Source: Eledone cirrhosa (Eukaryota). From it: a stretch of 64,000 nt of DNA. Numbering within the stretch: the stretch's first letter is position 1; each line of letters opens with the position of its first letter. The stretch spans positions 266,848,001-266,912,000 of the forward strand of contig OZ024741.1 in NCBI GenBank assembly GCA_964016885.1. The letters run 5' to 3'. The translations under genes were made by a program, and so were the position numbers. A model generated the notes under the pieces. That model was not told the DNA's origin. It worked only from the letters and a program-made list of their open reading frames with translations, and did not search any database. Below are positions 11,459-24,500 of this stretch, piece by piece.

Positions 11459-11461
<3 letters not shown>
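11267..11461. repeat. Near-perfect palindrome (94-bp arms, 7-nt loop) between two (TA)n tracts
   Basis: 11267-11360 versus 11368-11461 with one mismatch. Confidence 0.97.
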
Positions 11462-11495
<34 letters not shown>

Positions 11496-12310
11496 ACAAT
11501 TGCTAGTTGTAAAACTGACATTGCGTTCCTGTGTATAATGTATAATCTGTGACATTATCTTGATTGATTTTATTCATGATAAAACACAACATTGGAAATT
11601 TCCGAGTTTATAGTTAGCCTACTGCAAACACATTGAAAATATTCAGTAAATAACCTTTTATTTACCACAAGGACACAAGACATTGGGGACAAGAAAGTAT
11701 GTTTTAAAAAAATCAAATTATATGAGTGGTGGATTCACAGTACCGGTGGAGCGTCGGCCAACATGCTTCACAGCATATATCCCGTCGAAGTTAGCTTTGC
11801 CTTTCATCCTTATGGGGTCGGTAAATAAATCACCAGTAATATACTGAGGTCGATTTGATTGACTTTCCCCTCCCTTTCACATTGCTGGCATTGTGCCTAA
11901 AGTAGAAAAATTATTATTATTATTATTTCGCTTTGCCTTTCATCCTTAAGGGGTCGATTTAATCGACTTCCCCCTCACCCAAAATTGCTGGCCTTGTGCC
12001 TATTGTCGAAATCATTATTTCGCCATTTTAAAATAATCATTTCTTTTGATATATAAATTAAACAACTTTTACCCACCAAAAAAGAAAAGCCTCGTGTGTG
12101 CTGGAATCTCGTATTGTTTAAATTACAACAGGTGTTACATGTCAGCCAACAACGTGATTGCTTGACCTGAAAGAAATAGTAACTAAATCTCTCTCTTATC
12201 AACAATATAATCCTACAGACCATTAAAAAGACAGGGACATAGCTACAGTTTAGCCTTCCCCTACACACCCATCAGGATTGTTCGTTTATAACTTTCTTAG
12301 TGTGTGTGTA

Positions 12311-12347
<37 letters not shown>

Positions 12348-12907
12348 TGAAGTGACAGCAACCGGACCTGTCTGAGATGTACGCAGGGTGATGAAACCCT
12401 CCTGCATGCAATCTCCCATTGCCCGTACAGCAGTCCCTGAAATTCAGTGCATGTATTTAAAATTCTAGGTTGAGGGTCCTTCATGATGGATTGATATTGG
12501 TTCGATGGACCCAAATTATACATTTTACCATCTAGAAATGGAATGGACCTCTGTTGGTTTTGACGATGAGTGTTCCAGTTGTTTTATTAATGGTACTGTC
12601 TGCTCCATTTATCTGAAACTAATGTGTAAGTAGTTGAGCATTTCACAGACACGTTTACCATTAATATAATTTTCAGGGAGATTCAGCACGACAGTGTGTG
12701 GCATAGCTGGTCCTTTGAATTACAAATACAATACATCAGTCGGGCTTCCTAACAGTTTATGTCTACCAAAACATGGGCCAACTCGAGGCTATGGTAAATA
12801 ACTGTTGCCCTAGTTGCCACGTAGTGGGATCGAACCCAGGGCCCAGAATTACAAAGAAAATTTCTTAACCATTAAATCATGCTATGTCCACACCAGCTGG
12901 AAATATA

Positions 12908-13009
12908 CAGGGTGTCCCCCCAAAATGTATACACACTTTGATTACCTGTTCAGGCAATATTTATCAGAATGTCGTTGAGGTGTGTATACGTTTTGGGGGG
13001 GACACCCTG
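12908..13009. mobile_element. Tc1/mariner-type MITE, 102 bp
   Basis: TA|CAGGGTGTCCCCCCAAAATGTATACACAC...GTGTGTATACGTTTTGGGGGGGACACCCTG|TA: about 28-bp TIRs and a TA target duplication. Confidence 0.85.
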
Positions 13010-14294
13010 TATTTAACTTACTAAATAGGAGTTTGGTTGTCAAAAACTTAAGACCTACTTTTGATGTGCATTTGTGTGCACATATAAGCAGATATAATTA
13101 CATACAGCTGTGTATCTATCACTGATAGATTAGGCAGATATACACCCTACAAAAATAGAAATAACAATTAATAACTAATCTATATTATTCCGATTCACTG
13201 AATTGGTTAAATAAGTGATTATCTAAATGTGTTTTGACAGCATTTGGTTTATCCATCTCTTCATTTTTTTATATTCCCACTCCATCCACATTTATAATCT
13301 CTAAACTTATTCTTATTCCCATTAAACTTATTCTAATATTCCCACTAAACCTATTCTAATATTCCCACTTAACAGGTCTATATTATTCATAAAGCTGACA
13401 ACGATGAAATCTAGGGGCCCCGTTAGTTATTTTCGCATTAGTGGGGTGAAAGTTTGAAGTGCAAACAGGGTCCTGAAATATCTGAAAACCTAAAGGCCTG
13501 GTTAATATGACCCAGCCCTTTGAGCTCATTCTTATATCCCTTCTAAATCTCTCTCCTTTTATCTCTGTCTCTAAACTCTTATCTTCATTAAAGTTTAAAT
13601 TAAAAGTCTGTCCCAAGCCCAGAGCTTATCCTGGTTTCATTGGTTTTAAATGACTGAGACAACAAGACCCTTCCCTGGACAGGACACCAGTCCATTGCAG
13701 AGTTTATGTTTGTCTCAAGCCCAGAGGCTCATCACCCCCACCCCCACCGGATCTTAAGTACTGGGGTTGATTTAATTATCCCCCCACCTCCCCCAAATTG
13801 CTGCGTACCTAAATTAGAAACTATTATACTGAATTGGCATTCATCCATCCATCCACTCCTTATAAGGATTTATCACTGTCTAACCTCGCTCCCCAATCAT
13901 TGAAGGAAATGACCTGAAAAAAATTTCCCCTTTACTATTAATATATTCTACATTCAATCTTCCTCTCCCATTCATTTAAACCTATTTTACAATGACAATT
14001 ATTGAATGAATGTTGTCGGTGAATATTTCTGACCTGTTGTATTGTGGAAACAGCTTTCCATCAACTGAACTGTTTAATCTCCTCAGTCTATCATCTCTAA
14101 TCTGTTCACACATTGTGACTGTCATCGCTCCCTCTTTCACCCACCCCCTCTCAACCTCACCCCCATTCTCTCTTTCGCGTGCCCTCTTTGCCCCGCCCTC
14201 TCCATCTTTGATTACGTTGAAGAAAGCTTGACAAAGGGGTTGGGAGGACCCCTCAGGCAGGTCAAGGACTGACAACCTCCCTAGTGCTTGTGAT

Positions 14295-14535
14295 GTCCAC
14301 ACTGTAAAGTGGTTGGTAATAGGAAGTGCATCCAGCCGTAGGAAGCTTGTCAAAGGATTGAGAGTACTTTTCAGTTGTGTCAAAGACATGACAACCTCTC
14401 CTGTGTACTCGGTGAACATAAGACCGTATGTAAGTGAAATACAGATCAGTAGCCTCGCTTCAGTACTGACTTGGTTTTTGTAGACCCGTCCAACCATTGC
14501 TAGCAGGGAAAGCGAACCTTAAAGCAATGATGAGA
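14295..14535 (+). mobile_element. SINE-like repeat (family C) with an RTE-related 3' tail
   Basis: CACACTGTAAAGTGGTTGG..TAGGAAG.GCATCCAGCC core and a CCGTCCAACC..GCTAGCAGGGAA..ATGATGA tail resembling the RTE 3' end at 63060-63120. Relatives at 42520-42930, 43585-43930, 52764-52910 and 56020-56190. Confidence 0.65.
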
Positions 14536-14766
14536 TGAAAGCAAAGGAGAGATGAATTGAGTAAATGTGAGATTGTAAGGGAAGGAATGTAACCCGGGAC
14601 TCTGAAAACCAGTGCTAGAGTATGGAAGGGTTGAATGAGGTCAGCAGTGTTATGCTAAGCTGGGGTCAGGAGGATGGGTTGATGCGGGGGTGGAGTTGTC
14701 TGGCTTGGCTACTGCATTAGTAACATTTACTATAGTAGAATGTACATCTGACATTTGGTATGTCTA

Positions 14767-15800
14767 TGAAGTTAGTTGTATATATACATTTATATATTAC
14801 TGTGTAAAGTTGGTTGTATATATATTTATATATTACTGTGTGTGAAGGTAGTTGTATATATACATTTATATATTACTGTGTGTGGAGGTGGTTGTATATA
14901 TACATTTATATATTACTGTGTGTGAAGGTAGTTGTATATATATACATTTATATATTACTGTGTGTGGAGGTGGTTGTATATATACATTTATATATTACTG
15001 TGTGTGGAGGTGGTTGTATATATACATTTATATATTACTGTGTGTGGAGGTGGTTGTATATATACATTTATATATTACTGTGTGTGGAGGTGGTTGTATA
15101 TATACATTTATATATACTGTGTAAAGTTGGTTGTATATACATTTATATATACTGTGTGTGAAGGTAGTTGTATATATATATTTATATATTACTGTGTGTG
15201 GAGGTGGTTGTATATATACATTTATATATTACTGTGTGTGGAGGTGGTTGTATATATACATTTATATATTACTGTGTGTGGAGGTGGTTGTATATACATT
15301 TATATATACTGTGTGTGAAGGTAGTTGTATATATACACATTTATATATTACTGTGTGAAGGTAGTTGTATATATACACATTTATATATTACTGTGTAAAG
15401 TTGGTTGTATACACATGTATATATTACTGTGTGGAGGTAGTTGTATATATACACATTTATATATTACTGTGTGGAGGTAGTTGTATATATATACATTTAT
15501 ATATTACTGTGTGGAGGTAGTTGTATATATACATTTATATATACTGTGTGTGGAGGTGGTTGTATATATATATTTATATATTACTGTGTGGAGGTAGTTG
15601 TATATATACATTTATATATACTGTGTGTGGAGGTGGTTGTATATATACATTTATATATACTGTGTAAAGTTGGTTGTATATATATACATTTATATATACT
15701 GTGTGTGGAGGTGGTTGTATATACATTTATATATACTGTGTGTGAAGGTGGTTGTATATATACATTTATATATACTGTGTGGAGGTGGTTGTATATATAA
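14767..15800. repeat. About 40-bp minisatellite
   Basis: TGTGTGGAGGTGGTTGTATATATACATTTATATATTACTG repeated with length variation in the TA/TG parts. Confidence 0.95.
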
Positions 15801-17763
15801 AGATCCCAAATAATAACCACACCACAAATATATATATATATTTACATATTACTGTGTAATGGTAGTTGTATATATATATGTGTGTGAGGGTTGTATACAC
15901 GTCACTATCTTTAGTTGTGGTGTTCTCACTAATCTCTGCCCCCGTCGTCTGCCTTGCTCTATGGTTTTGTGTGTAGTTGTATGTATTTACATAGACATAA
16001 CTGTCTGTGTGTGTCTAGGTAGTTATGTATATTTACATAAACATTGTTGCCTGTATTTGTGTGTGTGTGTGTGTGTGGATATATGTAGTTGTGTGTGTGT
16101 GTGTATGTATGTAGGTAGTTATATGTATTTACATAGAGATTGCTGTCTCTGGTTTGCTCTATCCTTCCTATATCTGTTCCCCTGTTTCTTCCCCACCCCC
16201 TTCTAGTGTGTGTGTGTGTTATTACATATGTAGAGAGAAAGAGAATGTGTTAATATGTATATGTTGGGTGAGAGTGTGTGTGTGTTAATGTGGGGGGGGG
16301 GATAATTTATAGTCATTGCCTGTCATCCAGTGAAATGTCACCTTAGTGACCCCCTCCCCTACCCCCAAAGTGGTGGTGATTTATAGACGCCCCCCCCCAC
16401 CCCTTCCAATCTTCCTCACCCTAAGGACTCATTACTCACATCATGTGGTGTTGGTGTTTTAACCCCCCCCCCTTTCTCTTCCACTTTCCATCTCATTCTC
16501 TCTGCTGTATTTTTATCCCTTTCTGTTTGTGTGTGTGTATGTATGGTTGTATGTGAATGGTTTGTATGTGTGTGTTAAGGTGTCACTATTTTGTGGCTTT
16601 GGTTAGGCTATAGTGAAATAAATGTTTGACATGTTTGAGCATGCTACTGTGACAAACAGGCATACCTATGCACACACACATATAGATAAAGATTGATGTA
16701 TAGACAGACAGACAGCAGTCAGACTGTCCATCCCGTTAGTGAATGTTCTAAACACAACATGCATATATGCACATTATACCTATAGGTATAGGTATAATGC
16801 CTCATTCACATATGCACAATTTATGTGTATAGGTGTAGTAATTTATATACACATTATACATACATGTTTAGTAGAACCAATGTTGATTGTTGTGATGTCT
16901 GGTATGCTGTTGATAGATCTAGGAAAAACAATCAGAATTAACAATGAATTAAGACAGACTAACAAGGAAACCAAACTGCTAATTTTAGTATTTTTATTTG
17001 TTTCATGGTGAGACCATGTAGCTTAACATAACACAACTGGAATATGTAAAAAGTCTGATATAATAGTGCTGTAGCAGCACTGATTATTGGTGACTGCTAC
17101 AGAGGAAGTCTCTTGTCCAGTGTCTGAGAAAGAATAGTGCAGAGAATGAAACTGAATTTGGATCTTGGCTAAAATATCTGTATGTTTCATAATGGTTATT
17201 TCCGGATATAAAATTATAGCTATTTTGGTCTGCATTTCAATATCCACATATTTGATAATGATCATGGAAGGGTTCAAATTGGATTTATTTGCATCTATTT
17301 ATACATATGCCAGACATGCATTGCATGATTTGCAATCATGCAAGAAAAGCCATGGCCTTTTCAAAAACTTAAGGGAATTTTACTGCTATTTTTAGCATGT
17401 CGAGCGACCACATAGAGGCTCCTTCATTTGCTCATGTTCATTGGTTGGTTTATGATAGCTGTGTATGTATGTAGCAACATTATGCCAGCATATCTGATGT
17501 TATGTGTGTATAAAATGCTGCCTGTGTGTGTTTATTGTGGTGTATGCATGTATATATGTATTATATATATAATATATATGTGTGTGTGTGTGTGCATTTG
17601 TCTATATGTATGTGTATGTTCTTCCCTGCTATGTAAGTGGTGAATGTATTTCCGTAGGTTTAGTGTCATTCTTTAGTCAGGATCTTTTAAATTAGGTTAC
17701 CAGCTGGTTGAACTAATCTAGGGTCACTGGGGCATAACATTACATTTCTGCATGTCTGTCTCT

Positions 17764-18070
17764 GTCTCTGTGTCTATGAGAGCCTCTGTGTGTGTCCGTC
17801 TCTCTGTCTCTGTGTGTTTGTGTCTATGAGAGCCTCTTTCTGTGTGTTTGTGTCCATAAGAGCCTCTGTGTGTGTTTGTGTCTATGAGAGCCTCTGTGTG
17901 TGTCCGTCTCTCTGTCTCTCTGTGTGTTTGTGTCTATGAGAGCCTCTTTCTGTGTGTTTGTGTCCATAAGAGCCTCTGTGTGTGTTTGTGTCTATGAGAG
18001 CCTCTGTGTGTGTTTGTGTCTATGAGAGCCTCTGTGTGTGTGTTTGTGTCTATGAGAGCCTCTCTCTCTG
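17764..18070. repeat. About 28-bp TG/TC-rich minisatellite
   Basis: TGTCTATGAGAGCCTCTGTGTGTGTTTG repeated. Confidence 0.9.
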
Positions 18071-18282
18071 TGCTTGTGTCTCCCTGGGTTTCTATGTGTT
18101 TGTGTACATGTGTGTGCATGCATGTTTGTATTTGTGTCTTTCTGTGCTTGCATGTGTGTCTATCTATGTTTGTATGCTTAGATTCTCAGTGAAGCAGGGC
18201 ATTTATGGTTGGCACTGGGCTGAGAGAGGTGGATGTTGGTCTTGAAAAATCATAGATAGAAGCATTATTTCAACACACTGTA

Positions 18283-18469
18283 GGGCGGTGGATTGGCAGT
18301 ATCGGTGGAGGGTCGGACGCCATGCTTTGCAGCATAGTTAAGTCCCTTTACGATCTGAGTTCAAATCCCGCCGAGGGTGACTTTGCCTTTCATCCTTACG
18401 GGGTCGATAAAATAAAGTACCAGTAATGCACTGGGTAATTGCTGGCCTTGTGCCTAAAGTAGAAACAAG
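18283..18469 (+). mobile_element. Full-length tRNA-derived SINE (family A) with a 17-bp target-site duplication
   Basis: A box TGGCAGTATCGG and B box GTTCAAATCC. TSD is TATTTCAACACACTGTA (18266-18282) / TATTTCAACACACTATA (18470-18486). The central region resembles the Meta/Sauria-type SINE domain (from recall only). Confidence 0.88.
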
Positions 18470-18519
18470 TATTTCAACACACTATACACACACACACAGA
18501 CAGACAGATACTACTGTGG

Positions 18520-21500
18520 AACATTACAAAAACACACCATTACACACAGATACCACTGGTATAGAAACATTACTTCAACACACCTATACACAGTGATACC
18601 ACTGGTATAGAAACATTACTTCAACATACCATTACACACAGATACCACTGGTATAGAAACATTACTTCAACAAACCATTACACACAGATACCACTGGTAT
18701 AGAAACATTACTTCAACACACCATTACACACAGATACCACTGGTATAGAAACATTACTTCAACACACCATTACACAGTGATACCACTGGTATAGAAACAT
18801 TACTTCAACACACCATTACACAGTGATACCACTGGTATAGAAACATTACTTCAACACACCATTACACACAGATACCACTGGTATAGAAACATTACTTCAA
18901 CACACCTATACACAGTGATACCACTGGTATAGAAACATTACTTCAACAAACCATTACACACAGATACCACTGGTATAGAAACATTACTTCAACACACCTA
19001 TACACAGTGATACCACTGGTATAGAAACATTACTTCAACAAACCATTACACACAGATACCACTGGTATAGAAACATTACTTCAACACACCATTACATAGT
19101 GATACCACTGGTATAGAAACATTACTTCAACACACCATTACACAGTGATACCACTGGTATAGAAACATTACTTCAACACACCTATACACAGTGATACCAC
19201 TGGTATAGAAACATTACTTCAACACACCATTACACAGTGATACCACTGGTATAGAAACATTACTTCAACACACCTATACACAGTGATACCACTGGTATAG
19301 AAACATTACTTCAACACACCATTACACAGTGATACCACTGGTATAGAAACATTACTTCAACACACCATTACACACAGATACCACTGGTATAGAAACATTA
19401 CTTCAACACACCATTACACAGTGATACCACTGGTATAGAAACATTACTTCAACACACCATTACACAGTGATACCACTGGTATAGAAACATTACTTCAACA
19501 CACCATTACACACAGATACCACTGGTATAGAAACATTACTTCAACACACCATTACACAGTGATACCACTGGTATAGAAACATTACTTCAACACACCATTA
19601 CACAGTGATACCACTGGTATAGAAACATTACTTCAACACACCATTACACACAGATACCACTGGTATAGAAACATTACTTCAACACACCATTACACAGTGA
19701 TACCACTGGTATAGAGACATTACTTCAACACACCATTACACACAGATACCACTGGTATAGAAACATTACTTCAACACACCATTACACAGTGATACCACTG
19801 GTATAGAAACATTACTTCAACACACCATTACACACAGATACCACTGGTATAGAAACATTACTTCAACACACCATTACACACAGATACCACTGGTATAGAA
19901 ACATTACTTCAACACACCTATACACAGTGATACCACTGGTATAGAAACACTACTTCAACACACCATTACACACAGATACCACTGGTATAGAAACATTACT
20001 TCAACACACCTATACACAGTGATACCACTGGTATAGAAACATTACTTCAACACACCATTACACACAGATACCACTGGTATAGAAACATTACTTCAACACA
20101 CCATTACACACAGATACCACAGGTATAGAAACATTACTTCAACACACCATTACACAGTGATACCACTGGTATAGAAACATTACTTCAATACACCATTACA
20201 CAGTGATACCACTGGTATAGAAACATTACTTCAACACACCTATACACAGTGATACCACTGGTATAGAAACATTACTTCAACACACCATTACACACAGATA
20301 CCACTGGTATAGAAACATTACTTCAACACACCATTACACACAGATACCACTGGTATAGAAACATTACTTCAACACACCATTACACAGTGATACCACTGGT
20401 ATAGAAACATTACTTCAATACACCATTACACAGTGATACCACTGGTATAGAAACATTACTTCAACACACCTATACACAGTGATACCACTGGTATAGAAAC
20501 ATTACTTCAACACACCATTACACACAGATACCACTGGTATAGAAACATTACTTCAACACACCATTACACACAGATACCACTGGTATAGAAACATTACTTC
20601 AACACACCATTACACACAGATACCACTGGTATAGAAACATTACTTCAACACACCATTACACACAGATACCACTGGTATAGAAACATTACTTCAACACACC
20701 ATTACACAGTGATACCACTGGTATAGAAACATTACTTCAACACACCATTACACACAGATACCACTGGTATAGAAACATTACTTCAACACACCATTACACA
20801 CAGATACCACTGGTATAGAAACATTACTTCAACACACCATTACACAGTGATACCACTGGTATAGAAACATTACTTCAACACACCTATACACAGTGATACC
20901 ACTGGTATAGAAACATTACTTCAACACACCATTACACAGTGATACCACTGGTATAGAAACATTACTTCAACACACCATTACACACAGATACCACTGGTAT
21001 AGAAACATTACTTCAACACACCATTACACACAGATACCACTGGTATAGAAACATTACTTCAACACACCATTACACAGTGATACCACTGGTATAGAAACAT
21101 TACTTCAACACACCATTACACACAGATACCACTGGTATAGAAACATTACTTCAACACACCATTACACACAGATACCACTGGTATAGAAACATTACTTCAA
21201 CACACCTATACACAGTGATACCACTGGTATAGAAACATTACTTCAACACACCATTACACACAGATACCACTGGTATAGAAACATTACTTCAACACACCAT
21301 TACACACAGATACCACTGGTATAGAAACATTACTTCAACACACCATTACACAGTGATACCACTGGTATAGAAACATTACTTCAACACACCATTACACACA
21401 GATACCACTGGTATAGAAACATTACTTCAACACACCATTACACAGTGATACCACTGGTATAGAAACATTACTTCAACACACCTATACACAGTGATACCAC

Positions 21501-24500
21501 TGGTATAGAAACATTACTTCAACACACCATTACACAGTGATATCACTGGTATAGAAACACTACTTCAACACACCATTACACACAGATACCACTGGTATAG
21601 AAACATTACTTCAACACACCATTACACACAGATACCACTGGTATAGAAACATTACTTCAACACACCATTACACAGTGATACCACTGGTATAGAAACACTA
21701 CTTCAACACACCATTACACAGTGATACCACTGGTATAGAGACATTACTTCAACACACCATTACACAGTGATACCACTGGTATAGAAACATTACTTCAACA
21801 CACCATTACACAGTGATACCACTGGTATAGAAACATTACTTCAACACACCATTACACAGTGATACCACTGGTATAGAAACATTACTTCAACACACCATTT
21901 CACAGTGATACCACTGGTATAGAAACATTACTTCAACACACCATTACACACAGATACCACTGGTATAGAAACATTACTTCAACACACCATTACACACAGA
22001 TACCACTGGTATAGAAACATTACTTCAACACACCATTACACAGTGATACCACTGGTATAGAAACATTACTTCAACACACCATTACATAGTGATACCACTG
22101 GTATAGAAACATTACTTCAACACACCATTTCACTGTGATACCACTGGTATAGAAACATTACTTCAACACACCATTACACACAGATACCACTGGTATAGAA
22201 ACATTACTTCAACACACCATTACACACAGATACCACTGGTATAGAAACATTACTTCAACACACCATTACACAGTGATACCACTGGTATAGAAACATTACT
22301 TCAACACACCATTACCTAGTGATACCACTGGTATAGAAACATTACTTCAACACACCATTTCACAGTGATACCACTGGTATAGAAACATTACTTCAACACA
22401 CCATTACACACAGATACCACTGGTATAGAAACATTACTTCAACACACCATTACACACAGATACCACTGGTATAGAAACATTACTTCAACACACCATTACA
22501 CAGTGATACCACTGGTATAGAAACATTACTTCAACACACCATTACATAGTGATACCACTGGTATAGAAACATTACTTCAACACACCATTTCACAGTGATA
22601 CCACTGGTATAGAAACATTACTTCAACACACCATTACACACAGATACCACTGGTATAGAAACATTACTTCAACACACCATTACACACAGATACCACTGGT
22701 ATAGAAACATTACTTCAACACACCATTACACAGTGATACCACTGGTATAGAAACATTACTTCAACACACCATTACATAGTGATACCACTGGTATAGAAAC
22801 ATTACTTCAACACACCATTTCACAGTGATACCACTGGTATAGAAACATTACTTCAACACACCATTACACACAGATACCACTGGTATAGAAACATTACTTC
22901 AACACACCATTACACACAGATACCACTGGTATAGAAACATTACTTCAACACACCATTACACAGTGATACCACTGGTATAGAAACATTACTTCAACACACC
23001 ATTACACAGTGATACCACTGGTATAGAAACATTACTTCAACACACCATTACATAGTGATACCACTGGTATAGAAACATTACTTCAACACACCATTTCACA
23101 GTGATACCACTGGTATAGAAACATTACTTCAACACACCATTACACACAGATACCACTGGTATAGAAACATTACTTCAACACACCATTACACAGTGATACC
23201 ACTGGTATAGAAACATTACTTCAACACACCATTACACAGTGATACCACTGGTATAGAAACATTACTTCAACACACCATTACACAGTGATACCACTGGTAT
23301 AGAAACATTACTTCAACACACCATTACACAGTGATACCACTGGTATAGAAACATTACTTCAACACACCATTACATAGTGATACCACTGGTATAGAAACAT
23401 TACTTCAACACACCATTACACAGTGATACCACTGGTATAGAAACATTACTTCAACACACCATTACACACAGATACCACTGGTATAGAAACATTACTTCAA
23501 CACACCATTTCACAGTGATACCACTGGTATAGAAACATTACTTCAACACACCATTACACACAGATACCACTGGTATAGAAACATTACTTCAACACACCAT
23601 TACACAGTGATACCACTGGTATAGAAACATTACTTCAACACACCATTACACAGTGATACCACTGGTATAGAAACATTACTTCAACGCACCATTACACAGT
23701 GATACCACTGGTATAGAAACATTACTTCAACACACCATTACACAGTGATACCACTGGTATAGAAACATTACTTCAACACACCTATACACACAGATACCAC
23801 TGGTATAGAAACATTACTTCAACACACTATTACACACAGATACCACTGGTATAGAAACATTACTTCAACACACCATTACACACAGATACCACTGGTATAG
23901 AAACATTACTTCAACACACCATTACACAGTGATACCACTGGTATAGAAACATTACTTCAACACACCATTACACAGTGATACCACTGGTATAGAAACATTA
24001 CTTCAACACACCATTACACAGTGATACCACTGGTATAGAAACACTACTTCAATACACCATTACACAGTGATACCACTGGTATAGAAACATTACTTCAACA
24101 CACCATTACACACAGATACCACTGGTATAGAAACATTACTTCAACACACCATTACACAGTGATACCACTGGTATAGAAACATTACTTCAACACACCATTA
24201 CACAGTGATACCACTGGTATAGAAACATTACTTCAACACACCATTACACAGTGATACCACTGGTATAGAAACATTACTTCAACACACCATTACACAGTGA
24301 TACCACTGGTATAGAAACATTACTTCAACACACCATTACACAGTGATACCACTGGTATAGAAACATTACTTCAACACACCTATACACAGTGATACCACTG
24401 GTATAGAAACATTACTTCAACACACCATTACACACAGATACCACTGGTATAGAAACATTACTTCAACACACCATTACACAGTGATACCACTGGTATAGAA

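Noticed and set aside
13982-14497. 171-aa ORF
   Set aside because: It overlaps SINE family C and low-complexity sequence, and no domain is recognisable.
18283-18375. tRNA gene
   Set aside because: A and B boxes are present, but it continues into a SINE core with a TSD and no full cloverleaf is evident.
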